DNA from: Nemertoderma westbladi
Taxonomy: Eukaryota > Animalia > Xenacoelomorpha
Length of the DNA stretch: 64,000 nt
Assembly: GCA_032718475.1 (NCBI GenBank)
Contig: JAUCBJ010002471.1
Span: 1 to 64,000, forward strand
Direction of reading: 5' to 3'
Shown: in pieces, positions 38,958 through 51,590 of the stretch
Layout of the letters: every line of letters begins with the position of its first letter
Position numbering within the stretch: the first letter of the stretch is position 1
Translations under genes and position numbers: made by a program
The notes under the pieces: model-generated
Databases searched by the model: none
The model's input: the letters and a program-made list of their open reading frames with translations, nothing else
Told to the model about the DNA's origin: nothing

Positions 38958-40013
38958 GGATGGTGTTATGCAAAAGGGTGTTAAGCCACAAAAGTTCAAT
39001 TTGAGATAATCGATGTCAAAGTATTTAACATCCTGTGTGATCGTTGTTGTATTATCCAGATACTGTTGTGTTTTTATAAGAAAACATTTATGGATATTAA
39101 AGTATTTTTCAAGTTAGTGTGCTAGAATATAGCATTTTATCCGAAATATTGATCAAAATGTGGCTTAACGCTTTGGGAAAACTTCATATGGACGGTGTTA
39201 TGCAAAAGGGTGTTATCCCACATTTTGTCGAAATTGAGTTTTTGGTATCATTCGATAAAGGAAAGTGTAATCTACCTAATTATGAGATCCTATTGCCCAA
39301 TAATACGAGGAAATGCCTTAAAAATATAATAAAGTTAAGCCACAATCCGGATTTGTGATTATTCAAAGAGTGTTAAACCTCAAATAATATTGCAAAAAAG
39401 ATTTAATGACACATAATAATTGTGTGGCTTGACATCTTTTTGCAAGTATGACACCTTTTGACAATTTAACGTTTTGCCAAATATGAAGTTTACCAAAAGT
39501 GTAAAGCCACATTTTGATCAATATTTCGGAGAAAATACTACATTCTATCACAAAAATTTAGACTTTAATTCAGACTTTAATTTTCCTAAATGTTTTCATA
39601 TAAAAACACAACAGTATCTTGATAATACAACAACGATCACACAGGATGTTAAAAACTTTGACATCGATTATCTCAAATTGAACTTTTGTGGTTTAACACC
39701 CTTTTGCATAACACCGTCCATATTTGGCAAAACGTTAAATTGTCAAAAGGTGTCATACTTGCAAAAAGATGTCAAGCCACACAATTATTATGCGGATTAA
39801 ATCTTTTTTGCAATATTATTTGAGGTTTAACACTCTTTGAATAATCACAAATCCGGACTGTGGCATAACTTTATTATATTTTTAAGGCATTTCCTCGTAT
39901 TATTGGGCAATAGGATCTCATAATTAGGTAGATTACACTTTCCTCTATCGAATGATACCAAAAACTCAATTTCGACAAAATTTGGGATAACACCCTTTTG
40001 CATAACACCGTCC
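38958..40013. mobile_element. MITE with 4-bp TSD (Sola-like), outer copy
   Basis: TIR ggatggtgttatgcaaaagggtgtta / taacacccttttgcataacaccgtcc; TSD acat at 38954-38957 and 40014-40017. Confidence 0.85.
39190..39719. mobile_element. Second copy of the same MITE inserted in inverted orientation inside the first
   Basis: Same TIRs; TSD atat at 39186-39189 and 39720-39723; the sequence is the reverse complement of the reconstructed outer copy. Confidence 0.88.
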
Positions 40014-40114
40014 ACATTAGCTTTCATCATTCATCATTGAAGTAAATACAGTATATTGCTTAGCAACTTAAAATGTTATCATTATAAACTTTATTTATTT
40101 ACAATTATATTGAA

Positions 40115-40277
40115 ATTTATTTATATATCGTTTGTATTTTCTTATAATTTATTTATATATCGTTTGTATTTTCTTATAATTTATTTATATATCGTATGTA
40201 TTTTCTTATAATTTATTTATATATCGTTTGTATTTTCTTATAATTTATTTATATATCGTTTGTATTTTCTTATAATT
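40115..40277. repeat. 32-bp AT-rich minisatellite, about 5 copies
   Basis: (aatttatttatatatcgtttgtattttcttat)n. Confidence 0.85.
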
Positions 40278-41228
40278 TTTTTTGAAAATGGATGAAGATA
40301 TCGCGGCAGGGTTGTTTCCCTACAGTATATAATGGATGAGAAAGAAAATGTGTCGATTTTGGATTCATCCAATTAATCTGAAAATAGGAACGCATAGAGT
40401 TATAGGTACACTTTACTATAGGCCTACTGCCGTCTTAAGGCAAAATACCATATCTCCAAAAATCGTGTTTTGAGTAATTTTAACGAAACGCGTTCTCTTC
40501 TACAAGTATGTTATTAATTGGAACTGCAAGTCACCCAAATATACTAACTTAGAATTTAAAATGCAAGATACACAACTTTTGTAATTTGGGAGCTTAAAAA
40601 ATGCTGAAAATATTTTATAGGGTGTTTTGCCTCGAAAATGTTGGGACAAATGAATCTGAAAGCTGATATAGGGTGTTTTGTCTATCAAGAGTTCGAGTCA
40701 AATAGTTTAATATCTTCAAATAATAATAATGCAGGGTGGAAATTATACTTGGAATTTTGTAGTTAAGGGTTGGGTTTTGGTAAATAAAGCAAATTATAAT
40801 TCAAAAACATGAGATAAACAGCTGATCATTTCTGTATAATTGGTTGCCTGGTAACGTCATCATGGTTACCATTCCATGAATATAAAGTACTTAAACTCAA
40901 CTCTGGGCAATCGACTATAGTTACATCTTTGCCCGTAAATTTTTTAGAAATATTCTAGCTAGCTACTGTATAACTATGTGACCATTTTTACAAAACCCAG
41001 TCCGCCAAAATCAAACTCAGTCTACTTTGCCTTGAAGTGCAGTCCTTCATTATTTACATGTTCAGTTCACCATCACACTTAAACTAACTAATTTCAAAAA
41101 TTTCTTGGAATTATTTGCCAAAGTCGTTGAATCAATTCATTGACTCTGTCTATGGGAACTCCTTTGGGTTGTGCCAGAGGACTGGACGTGGGATGCCCAT
41201 AGTGGCATTGCGCTTCAATAAGTTGACT

Positions 41229-41747
41229 CCACACAGCCACATATGCTCCCCACAGCCACATATCCTCCCCACAGCCACATATCCTCCCCACAGCCACATA
41301 TCCTCCCCACACAGCCACATATCCTCCCCACAGCCACATATCCTCCCCACACAGCCACATATCCTCCCCACAGCCACATATCCTCCCCACACAGCCACAT
41401 ATCCTCCCCACAGCCACATATCCTCCCCACACAGCCACATATCCTCCCCACACAGCCACATATCCTCCCCACAGCCACATATCCTCCCCACACAGCCACA
41501 TATCCTCCCCACACAGCCACATATCTTCCCCACAGTCACATATCCTCCCACACAGCCACATATCCTCCCCACACAGCCACATCTTCCCCACACAGCCACA
41601 TATCCTCCCCACACAGCCACATATCTTCCCCACAGCCACATATCCTCCCCACACAGCCACATATCTTCCCCACAGTCACATATCCTCCCCACACAGCCAC
41701 ATATCTTCCCCACAGTCACATATCCTCCCCACACAGCCACATATCTT
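41229..41747. repeat. 21/23-bp minisatellite (ccacagccacatatcctcccc[ac])n
   Basis: Direct tandem array; explains the five overlapping repetitive ORFs at 41094-41857. Confidence 0.93.
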
Positions 41748-41977
41748 TCTAGGGTATTTTGCCCAAATGTAAATGCGAACAAACTGAAATTCCCGCCAAT
41801 ATCTAAGCATAAGTAATAGGAAATAACACTATTATAAGCTTTTCTAAGGAAAAACACCCCACCTTTAAAATGTAAGGTAAACTGAATAAAAGTGTTACTA
41901 AGGCAAAATACCCTATGTACCAGATTTTAGATGTAGGGTGTTTTGCCTTTAAATGACAGGGCTGAGGATCAAGCATA

Positions 41978-42773
41978 CTACTACTACTACTAGGATCGGC
42001 ATGCTGCATTGCAGCTGCATTTTTAAGAATGCTGTGCCGGCTTGTCAACAAAATTGCACCGCCACAACTCCCTATCACCCATGACATTTGCTAGATCATC
42101 CGCATCTTCAAGGCCAGTGTCCTTTAAGATGCGTCTCAAGAAAGTCATGGGCTGTCCACCATGCTTATTCACTCCATAAGGCTGCCAAAGTACAAGATTA
42201 TGCACTGGCTGGTCCTCACGGCGAAAGCAATGTCCTGCAAAGCGGAGGCGATTTCGTTCTAGTGTCAAGCTTGGGGGAACCAATGAGACACCTCCAATGT
42301 TATATAGTGTCTGGTTGGAGATGTGTGCATTGTACTTGACACAATGAACCCGGCGTAGCATTCTTGTGAATGTGCCATCCAGAGATTTGGTGTCCTCAGC
42401 AGTTAGAGCCCAGCATGGACTCCCGTAAAGGAGTACTGGAACTACTGCTGCTCTAAATAATCGGACCTTAAGTTTCCGATTAATTCTCGGTGACTTCCAA
42501 ATCCTGGAAAGCCTATTCAAGGCTGCCCATGCCTTTCCCTTACGTATTCGAAGGTCCTCACCTGACTTGGTAACAGAAGTCGTCCACATGCTCAAGCATA
42601 CCATCCTTTGAGCTTATGCTCATCCGATCAGAGACTTGCTGAGGACTTTCAAAGTTAACTGTCAAAATAATTAATAAAAAGACCAACACTAGAAGCAGCA
42701 TGTTCTAATGAGCTGAGGAGCCGTTGGGCTCCCTCTAGTGATTCTGAGAGTACTCCTAAGTCATCAGCAAAGT
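41978..42773 (-). mobile_element. 5'-truncated RTE-clade LINE insertion with 16-bp TSD and (TAG)n tail
   Basis: TSD ctgaggatcaagcata at 41962-41977 and 42774-42789; (cta)5 tail at 41978-41992; the 5' end starts at RT motif FADDL; RTE C-terminal motifs KVRLFRAAVVPVLLYGS and RLRFAGHCFR. Confidence 0.93.
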
Positions 42774-43470
42774 CTGAGGATCAAGCATAGGGTGTTTTAA
42801 ACTCGCAAAATATGACTTTATTGCATATATACCTTGTATTTCTTGGTTTCATTTGAAAGAGCGCCTTAAATTAGGCCGGTGTGTACAATAAAAAAAAATT
42901 TCAAAAATTTTGAGATAGGGCATTCTGCCTTAAGACGGCAGTATAGTTCAGAGAATATGGTAATAAGGTCTTCTATTACAATCGTATAATTGAAGACCAT
43001 GTTTGAGAATGTTCAATATTAAAAAATAGTTTTGAAATTGGCAATTTATCAGAATTTTTGCAATATAATATATATATACAAACTATAGATAGGTGATGAA
43101 AGATGAAAGCTCATTATGTGCATCGGGCCTAAATAATTATTAAACTGAAGGTATTCGCGAGGTTTCTTTCTTAGATTAATGTCATTCGATTTGTACCATT
43201 ATATATTATTATGGAATACAAATACCCTAAATAGAGAGCAGCTCAACTATAGAAAAACATAATGAGATATTCAATTATGGCGCACCGCACACATAATTTT
43301 TCCCTGACATTTTCTTCAGATTCGGACCAAAAAGTAATTTATATTTAAGAATAAAATAAAATAGCGAATACAATTCAGTTGACAATAAATTAGTATACGA
43401 TAAGATATCAGTCAATAAACAGTTCCAGTGGTGAGATACGATGTAACTTTGCGAGCTGTTCAATCCCCAA

Positions 43471-43692
43471 CTATTTTCGGCCATCTATGGCACAATGAAT
43501 CTCGCAGATATCCACGCACCCCGAGTAGGGGTACAAGGCCTGACAATCGAACATACACCTCATACAGCTGTATGGCTCCCAGTTGTCATGTCCGTAAAGT
43601 GTCCCGCTGATTTGTTGTGGGTATGGCGCACCAAAGGATACCGCCACCATGGTAACAAGGACTAGAAGTATTGAGTAGTTGTAGTTTGCCAT
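43471..43692 (-). CDS. Small secreted 6-Cys peptide precursor (73 aa) with C-terminal amidation signal GRK
   Basis: Signal-peptide-like SILLVLVTMVAVSFG|AP; Cys spacing C-x2-C-x3-C-x8-C-x3-C-x3-C; ends ...IDGRK*; the ATG is directly preceded by the acceptor ttttctttag. Confidence 0.75.
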   Translation of the reverse strand: MANYNYSILLVLVTMVAVSFGAPYPQQISGTLYGHDNWEPYSCMRCMFDCQALYPYSGCVDICEIHCAIDGRK

Positions 43693-43849
43693 CTAAAGAA
43701 AATTAAAATATATAATCTTAAATAATAAGGATATGGAACCCGAGGCCGGGGGTGAGAGAAGGCGAAGGAGAGAAGGGCACCTCCGCAGCTCAAGATATTT
43801 AGGTATTAAAGTATTTTAGGTTGCTAAACGACGTCGAGCTTGCCGTGTT

Positions 43850-44470
43850 CATTTTAGTATTTGGCGTGAGGGGTTTATTGAGAGGACGGGGCAAATATCT
43901 CGTGGCAAGTTCAAGAGATAGTACCTACCGGTTGCAGCTTCCAAACAGAAGAAGCCTGCAAACGCAACTGAGGCGAGAGTTCGTGGAATGGCCGGACCTA
44001 TAGTTCGGGAATAACCCAGGACTGTTGCTCGATTTATATGACGGTTCCGCTGGTTCAGCCGCTTCCAGATTGAAGAGAGAAATCCTGGACCGCGGTTGTA
44101 TGTTATGTATTCCCAATATTGGTTCTGTACTTGTTGGTTGAAAATTCCTGGTAATTTGTCGATGATATCCAATATTCATCGAAATATAAGGTTTTTTTCT
44201 TGTACTAAGTGAAGAGCCATGGGTGGGGAAACCGAAGAAGTCGTTTTATAAAAGTCGTTTTAAATTTGAAACTGCAAGGAAATTGGCAAATTGATGACAA
44301 TAGGATATATTTTCATTCGTAATATTTTTAGAGCAGTTTCTGTAGATACAAGTTGAATGTTTGAGAGTGAGCCAATAATTCCAAAAGCTTTATTTTTCTT
44401 GGACTTTATATGACTCTGTAAATCTGAGTTGATTGTTGAAGTATAACACAGATATATTTGTATTTTGAAC
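43850..44470 (-). pseudogene. Degenerate LINE RT 3' fragment
   Basis: HIKSKKNKAFGIIGSL...TETALKILRMKIYPIV resembles the LINE thumb region; several frameshifts. Confidence 0.5.
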
Positions 44471-45792
44471 ATATTGTAACCAGTTGACCCTCGTAAGTAA
44501 GTATGTCGGATGTTGAAAGCTTTATATACATTATTAATAATAATAGAAAAACGAATTATCTTATAAAGAAGTGTTTGTCAATTAAATAGTCTGGTACAGA
44601 TGCCTATGAACTAGTCTAATACTTTCGATCGGATATTCATATTGAATGTTGGCAACAGCTATCGCCCTGTAGCAAAATGACAGAGTCAAGTCAAGAAATG
44701 TTTGGAAAAAATTTCGATGGCGACACCTAAAAAAAACCAAAAAAGCCGAAATAAAAATTCTGACTAATCCAGTAATTACAATATCGGGAGGGCAAATTAG
44801 TTCCGTTTCAAATGTCAATTTTCATCCGATCTCATTAAGCTTTGTAGACAGATTATGTTGAGGCTGGGGGTGGACCCATCTGGCGGGATACACACTCCAA
44901 CCAATCAACCCGATATTATGCAACATTATCCATCGATCCCAATCAACGTAACCCGACTCAACTAATCAACCGAATTTTATCTCACCTCATTTACGATATC
45001 AGTTACGGGAAACCCGAAGGATGAGTCACCTGTAATTAAATCAACCTTTTGGGATCATCAATCACCTAGAGGTTTGTTGTATTCAATCCGAGCTCACCGC
45101 ATCCAATCTCGGTTTCTTATGTTAACCACCAACATTAGCGATGCGACTAAAGCGATAACCTTAGCGGGAGGCCTCCAGTAATTGATTAATGGCAACCAGG
45201 AAATCATCATTGAAACACACGGCGTTACTAATAAAGAATTATTTGCTTTGGCATCAATCAACAACCATCTCAATGGCTTTAGAGAATACTTAATGAGTTA
45301 GGCTAAGCCTGTATCTAGGCTATGGCTAACAAAGGGATGAGATAGTTAGTACACAGTAGTGCAGCTGATAATGTTATACGGTGTTTCTGTGATTTCTTTC
45401 GAGTCCTTAGCCTTGAGGGATTAGATTAGTGTGTGGGGAAACTGGAGTTCTACAGAGAGGAAACTTGCTGAAATTATTAGTTTAGTATTTTGCAGATGGG
45501 AAAAAAAGTTGAACAAAAGTGGTCACGTTCTTCCAAGGTAATATATACCATAATATATACAGAAAATAAATGATATATTTAAATCATGCCAATGCTTTTA
45601 TTTATATCAGCAGCGAAAAGTCAAATCTACGCACGCATTTTATGTTAAACTTGACTAAACTAACCTAAACTTGAGGCATAAAAACGATAAGTAGATGTGG
45701 AAAATGAGATCAGAGCAGATAAATTATCCCAACTTGGACCTACCGAGGCATTTGTAACTTAATTTCGATAACTAAAAAGCATTTTTCTTACA

Positions 45793-46010
45793 TGCCTTTA
45801 GTTTGATGGTATAGTCGGACACACCTTGGTGTGGTGTGGTCTGTCTGTAGTCGTGGTACAGTCCGAAACCAAGATTTCACACAAATTTGGTTCCAGATGT
45901 CGTGCGAGGGTTCGAGACCCGCAATTCGGCCTGGGGTGTTTTAATTTCGAAAGGAATGTTCTAAAAGGACTATCCACCGACGACGTAACCTTACATCGTC
46001 TCTAAATAAA
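45793..46010 (+). mobile_element. Possible tRNA-derived SINE remnant
   Basis: A-box-like tagtttgatgg (about 45798) and B-box ggttcgagaccc (about 45909); no cloverleaf. Confidence 0.3.
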
Positions 46011-47629
46011 GGAGTGCTACAATTATATTTTGGGGAGTACAGTTATGGGGGAGGGGAATAAGTTGTCAGACTTTGTCAGAAATCTCTGGCCTAACGGCCG
46101 ATAAAAACTTTACTTTTTTGCTTCGTAATAAATCTATCAACCATAAAATCACATATAGAGACACCACAAACGAAGGGCAACTAAGGACTAACAATATCTC
46201 TAAACTTAACTTACCATTAAAATAATACTGTTTCAAGTTGGTTAAGACAATTATTAGGCCTAGTTGAAAGACAGTAGAAGAATTAAAACGCCGTGGGTTA
46301 GTTTGTGAAACAAACTCAAAAAACGATTACACAATGGCTGTGTAGAATGGAATAACATCGCTTAACTTTATCACAACGGATACCATAACTAAAAGTTTCT
46401 TTATGAGTAGATATGTTCTCATTGGTTCCTTTAGCAAGCAGGTAAACTCAAATCATTCTGATTGGCTAAATGTTATTTTACTTATTTAGGGTAATGGCTG
46501 CCATGTAGTTTTTCACGCGTTCATTCGAGCGTAACAATGGAAGATCACTCCAAGAATATGAAAACGAAATATATCACCTATAGATGCTAGTTAATAGGAG
46601 TGTAAATATTCAGTGAAATAGAATTATCAGCCGACATCCTACAGCGTATAATAAGGGATTCTATATAAATATTTATTGCGCAGTAAATAAAATAGGCTTC
46701 ATTTATCGCTTGTTCCGAGATCTCTTATTAACGACGAGCACAGCAAGCAAGATAAATGAGCAAAATCGTGGGGAAAAAAGGAAATATTATTTAATTTACT
46801 GAACATAAACAATGTAATTTTATTGTGAAAAACTTTTAAAGTGAAGTTTTTATTTGACTACGTGATTTATTGGTTTCTTGTTAGGAACTCTAAACTTCGC
46901 CTCCAAAAAACGACAACTTCCAAGATGCTGTAAATCTATCTTCGGTGCGTGGCCATGGATTCGATTTCCGCAGACAACAATCGCTAAAGTCGCCGGAAAT
47001 CGGGTACATGCTAAACCATAAAACAACCTGAAACGACCTGAAACAACCTGAAACGACCTGAAACATAGAGTTGCAAGTGAACGCTGAAGAAACATAAAAA
47101 TTAATTGATAATTATATAATTTATAAATTAATTGTCAAGCTAGTTAAGTAAAAACCTTATCGGTAGGTATGCAAAGACCAAAGAATGTAAAATACCAAAA
47201 AGCAACAAGATCTAAAAGGTTGCATGCAATCAGTGATCAGCTGACGGCAGTCTTACCGGTCGGTTTCGCTTCATGAAGGAAGGCATTCTCAGGAGGACAA
47301 GACCAGAGATGAAATTTAGAGTGTAAGTCCCAAAGGAGAAAGAACGGGCGATACCAGTAACTATCCACTGGGAAGCGAAGCAGCACCACAAACTTGCGCC
47401 AATAACGTTTATGCTTATTGATAAGGGGCCGGCGAATGCGAATATAATTAATTTCAAGCTTTTGCAGAGCAGGCAACAATGGGTGCCGTGCTATTACTTT
47501 GAAATGTTTAAATAGCTCGCGCCAGTCAGTCAGCCAACGTGTATTGGGCTCGCCACTGTGTGTCATGGTCCATGATGCCTGATATGGTTGTGCAGTGTAC
47601 AGTCTTGCCCCCCCTTCACTAATCACTAC

Positions 47630-49354
47630 TAGGGATGTCCCGGAATTCCGTTCCGGCCGGAATTCCGGTGGTTTTTGCCAGATTCCGGTTCCGGCCGGAA
47701 TTGCCGGAATGGGGTCAATTCCGGCCGGAATTTTACCGGAATTACCAGTTTACTAGTGTAATAGTTTTAATTAGTTTGTGAAATTATTATCACACATAAT
47801 GTAAAAACAATTACAATATTATAATAGGTATTGTCCAACATAACATCGTATTACCCCTAAAGCTGTAGCTTATTTACAAAGGGGTCCTTTATGTCACTCA
47901 CTATGTTACTTAATTAGGTCCTGCGTCATTAGCCTTAGGTGTTGCGTAACACAGTAGTTTTATTTATACAGAAAATATAATTCTTACCAAAATATATTTA
48001 TTCCCAGCAAAAATTAAATTGTAATATGTAATATTGACTCTCGTTTATTGATTTCGAGAATTACATGTCACTGTAACCTGCTTCTTTCCATTAACGGCGC
48101 CAGGATATTGAACCTAAGCAATTAATAATACATTTTTGGTCTACGTTGGTTTTTAGGTATGAGCCCCAAAACCTAACTTTTGGCCAAGGTTATGGGTTTT
48201 TGGAAAAATAATGAAATTTAATTCCATGTCGTTTAACCCTGTTTGACCCGGGGTGGTCATTTTAGAAATTTTTTTGTAACTCAACTGTATCTTTTAGCCA
48301 GGTATGGTGGGAAAACCTAGATTTCGCGACTTTTCATAAAATTTAATGGGCAATCCACCAGCGCAAACGCCAAAAACATAGCTTTGTTAGTTTTCGTGTT
48401 GTCCCATTCTGGCACTCATCTCCAGTAATTTTCGGCGAAAATTTTTTCAAAAGTTTTAATAGCTCGATAAAAATAATTTATTTGCGCTACCGGTATATAG
48501 CGGTTCTTTTAGATGATGATCACGATTATAGAACTCAGATATAACAGACGAGGGAAAATTTCTAGTAATGAAAAAAACACGAAGAAAACAAGTAGTGCAA
48601 ATATGATAATGAAAAATCACCACAAATCAAACTAATTTTATGGCATTAGGGGCTTTCCGGGATGCTGATCATGAATATGAAACTCATATCCTATCACATC
48701 CGATTCATTATGGCATTTTTGGACATGTGCCAATTTGGAACGAAAAATAGAAGTACCGGTAGCACAAATTGATAAAAATTTAATGTTTACAAGCTTCCAT
48801 TAAATATTCTTAACAAGTTCAATCGTGATCAGCGACCTTGACCCTATAGATTCAGAATTATCCATCCAAACACAACGTGTTTTAGTTTGACAATTTTTCA
48901 CTTGTACTTTTCGTCCTGGGGGACCAGAATAGTGCAACAAAATGATGGCTGCAATGCCAGAAAATATTTTTAAAAAATTATATTTTCAGCCAAGATCTAA
49001 AAAAATTCTAAAAATGACAACCCACCCAGGGCCGATTACTAAAAATAGACCTGACCAGATAGGGTTAAGGCCCCCAAGTACCCCAGCCCAAATTTCAATT
49101 TCTCCTGCTTCTGGGCCAGGCCACTCTCACACCAAAATTCCCCCAAGGTGCTTTTTCATCTTATTAGTAAACTTAGCTTTAGAAATTAAAAAAATACGTA
49201 TATTTCACAAAAAAATATAAAGGGTAATGGTCATTTAGTGTATTTCACTAACTACATAAAAATTCCGGTTCCGGCCGGATTCCGGCCGGAATATTCCGGC
49301 ATACTGAATTCCGGTTCCGGCCGGAATCAAAATATCGATTCCGGGACATCCCTA
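47630..49354. mobile_element. hAT (Ac-like TAGGGATG termini) non-autonomous element
   Basis: TIR tagggatgtcccggaat / attccgggacatcccta; perfect 8-bp TSD atcactac at 47622-47629 and 49355-49362; subterminal ccggaa repeats. Confidence 0.93.
48237..49064. mobile_element. piggyBac-like MITE nested in the hAT element
   Basis: ttaa|ccct ... aggg|ttaa, plus a subterminal inverted repeat gtcattttagaaatttttt / aaaaaattctaaaaatgac. Confidence 0.72.
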
Positions 49355-49938
49355 ATCACTACCATCTACTACGAGCTACTAACGACCAGGCCCAAGCTCA
49401 GAGAATCATAAAATACATACTAGACAGACACAGAAACATAGATCCTAGACGCAAACTACTGTAAAAGATATACGCTACCGACCTATACTGAGCTAAAACT
49501 GGCTAAAACTTATGCCGAACTAAATGAGTTATGCTATATTATGCGAAGCCACCGACATAAACCGAGCTATATTGGTGGAATACAAGGCTATAACGACAGA
49601 TATAGGGCTAATAACGACATATGCCGAACTATAAATAAAGTCGCAAAACGAATATCGGGTTGCCCCAGTGTTTCCCTCAAAATACAATGCGGGAGTTAAT
49701 ATTACTATTTATTGGAATTATCCAAGTGACGCACCTGGGATCTAAGTTCGCACTTAGGATTTGATTTTGCGTCTATGATCTATGTTTATGTCTCAGTCCA
49801 TGTAGCAAATCTTATTTATTCATTTTTGTTAAATATTATTATTTTATATAAAATCAAACAAGTCTGCTGGAATACCACACAACACCACTTACCCGACCGA
49901 GAGCAGTCTATCATTTACTCCATATTTCCAGACCGTCT

Positions 49939-51590
49939 CTAGAATTTGGAACTGTATAATTTGCTGCCATCAGTTTGGGTGGCAGATCTGGCTACTTTCT
50001 GTAACCATAGCAACAACTGTTTATCGTCATCGCCCAAGTCCCGGATATAAGGTCTCATTTCCGTCAATGTCCATCGGGACTTCAATTCAAACAAAGTCTT
50101 AAATCTAAAAAGAGTCGATAAATAAAATTAAATTTCAATATTTTATTCCAACTGTAACCGCCACCGTTGAGCCGCTAGTATTGAGTATTGCCTGTGATTG
50201 GCTATTATGTTATATTACATTACTCTAAGACAACTGTGGATGATTTTGAAACAGTTAAATTAATAATTATTTTATTAATAATTATTATCAAACTATATTT
50301 TGCGATATGTATATACAGTATCATGTTATTTTACTGACTTAGTATTACAGCGACTTCGAAAGAAAATATACTAAATAATAGCACTAGTTCAATTTCAAAG
50401 AAAATATATAACCTGAAAAATGTTATTTCGCGTTATTGCGTTATGTAGTGTACTACGGTACGGAGGCGTCATTGTACGGTTATACATTAATTGTCGTTTG
50501 AATTACAAATTGTTGCACGTAAATAACAAAATAACTAAATAATTATACAAATACGAATACAAATACAAAAATAAATAAAATCTCTCGCGAGGATAAAGGG
50601 AACTAACCTATTCGGGGGGTCGTCAGTTAATTCTCCGGCTTTAAATAAAAATATACTCTCCGGGACGGTTTTGGTGTCGACCAAAGCGAGTCCGGCCAGA
50701 TGGTCTGTTCGGGTGATCATTCCGTCCGGGACACTTTCCGACCAACACGACATAAACTCAGCCCTGTTGAAGCGGCCCCCGCTCGCACTCAGCAGGTACT
50801 CGGCACTCCATCGGCACACGGAATCCTCCACCAGACTGAAACACTCTCCGATACGCTCGGCGAAATGGGACAACACGAAATCAACAACGGACGACTCCTC
50901 CAGCCGGTACAGCGCCTCTAGACACTGATTGGCTGGAATGGATGACCAATGACAACCTACCTCGTTGTAATGGTTTATAATAGACATAAGAACGCGACTC
51001 ATATAGTCGAAATCTAACCTTCTCCAATATCCGTCAATCTCAAATCCCCAAGACTGGGTCAGAGCGTTCTGTATTTCCGTCTGGCTGGCAGCGACCTCAC
51101 TAAGAAAATCCTTCAAGCGAAATTGTTCTGTATCTTCATTTTCGTACTCTTTGCCCTTATAAGGACTTATGTTGAGTAGTTCTCGGAGTCTATCGAGATA
51201 CGGGCGACGAGGTTTTATCTCATAGTAAACGTGGCTCCAATGTCGTACCTCAGTGTTCCGTAACTCCATAGCCCCATCGGCAGTATCTGTGCCTTCAGTT
51301 ATCGGTAATACGAGCATCGTATTGGATGATTCCGTCTGTTTTATATCGAAAGTCTCTGTTTCGGTACAGATAACGGCTAGGTCGTCCTCTCGTCCGCGAA
51401 TAACCAGGGATTTCCCAGATGACAGATAGTTCAGGAGTTTATCGTCCAGCTCGATGAGTTTATATTCCGACGACTCGTTGACCTCGTTCGGGTAACGGAT
51501 TCCCTCAACTACCGGTTTGTAATGGTCCAGCACTAGGTTGGCTGCGTCAGCTGTCTCCTTAACTTCATCGATAGTACGATTCTGATTCAT
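49939..51590 (-). CDS. DSCC1: Sister chromatid cohesion protein DCC1 (Ctf18-RFC subunit), 382 aa; coding exons 51590-50608 and 50104-49939
   Basis: Dcc1 motifs YKLIELD, IRGREDDLAVICTETETFDIKQTESSNT, PYKGKE and IDGYWRRLD. A GT-AG intron at 50607-50105 (phase 2) joins to RFKTLFELKSRWTLTEMRPYIRDL...LYSSKF*, which matches the conserved DCC1 C-terminus. Confidence 0.95.

Larger units (their letters stand above)
40427..42941. mobile_element. TA-flanked TIR DNA transposon relic containing a minisatellite and an RTE insertion
   Basis: ta|ctgccgtcttaaggcaaaa ... ttctgccttaagacggcag|ta; repeated internal gggtgttttgcc motifs. Confidence 0.8.

Noticed and set aside
41094-41857. Long ORFs on both strands (His/Pro-rich and Cys/Gly-rich)
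   Set aside because: These are translations of a stop-free 21/23-bp minisatellite.
45793-45930. tRNA gene
   Set aside because: A B-box is present but there is no cloverleaf or acceptor stem; kept only as a low-confidence SINE.
50001-50014. X-box match GTAACCATAGCAAC
   Set aside because: It lies within DSCC1 coding exon 2 (LLLWL codons) and is probably incidental.
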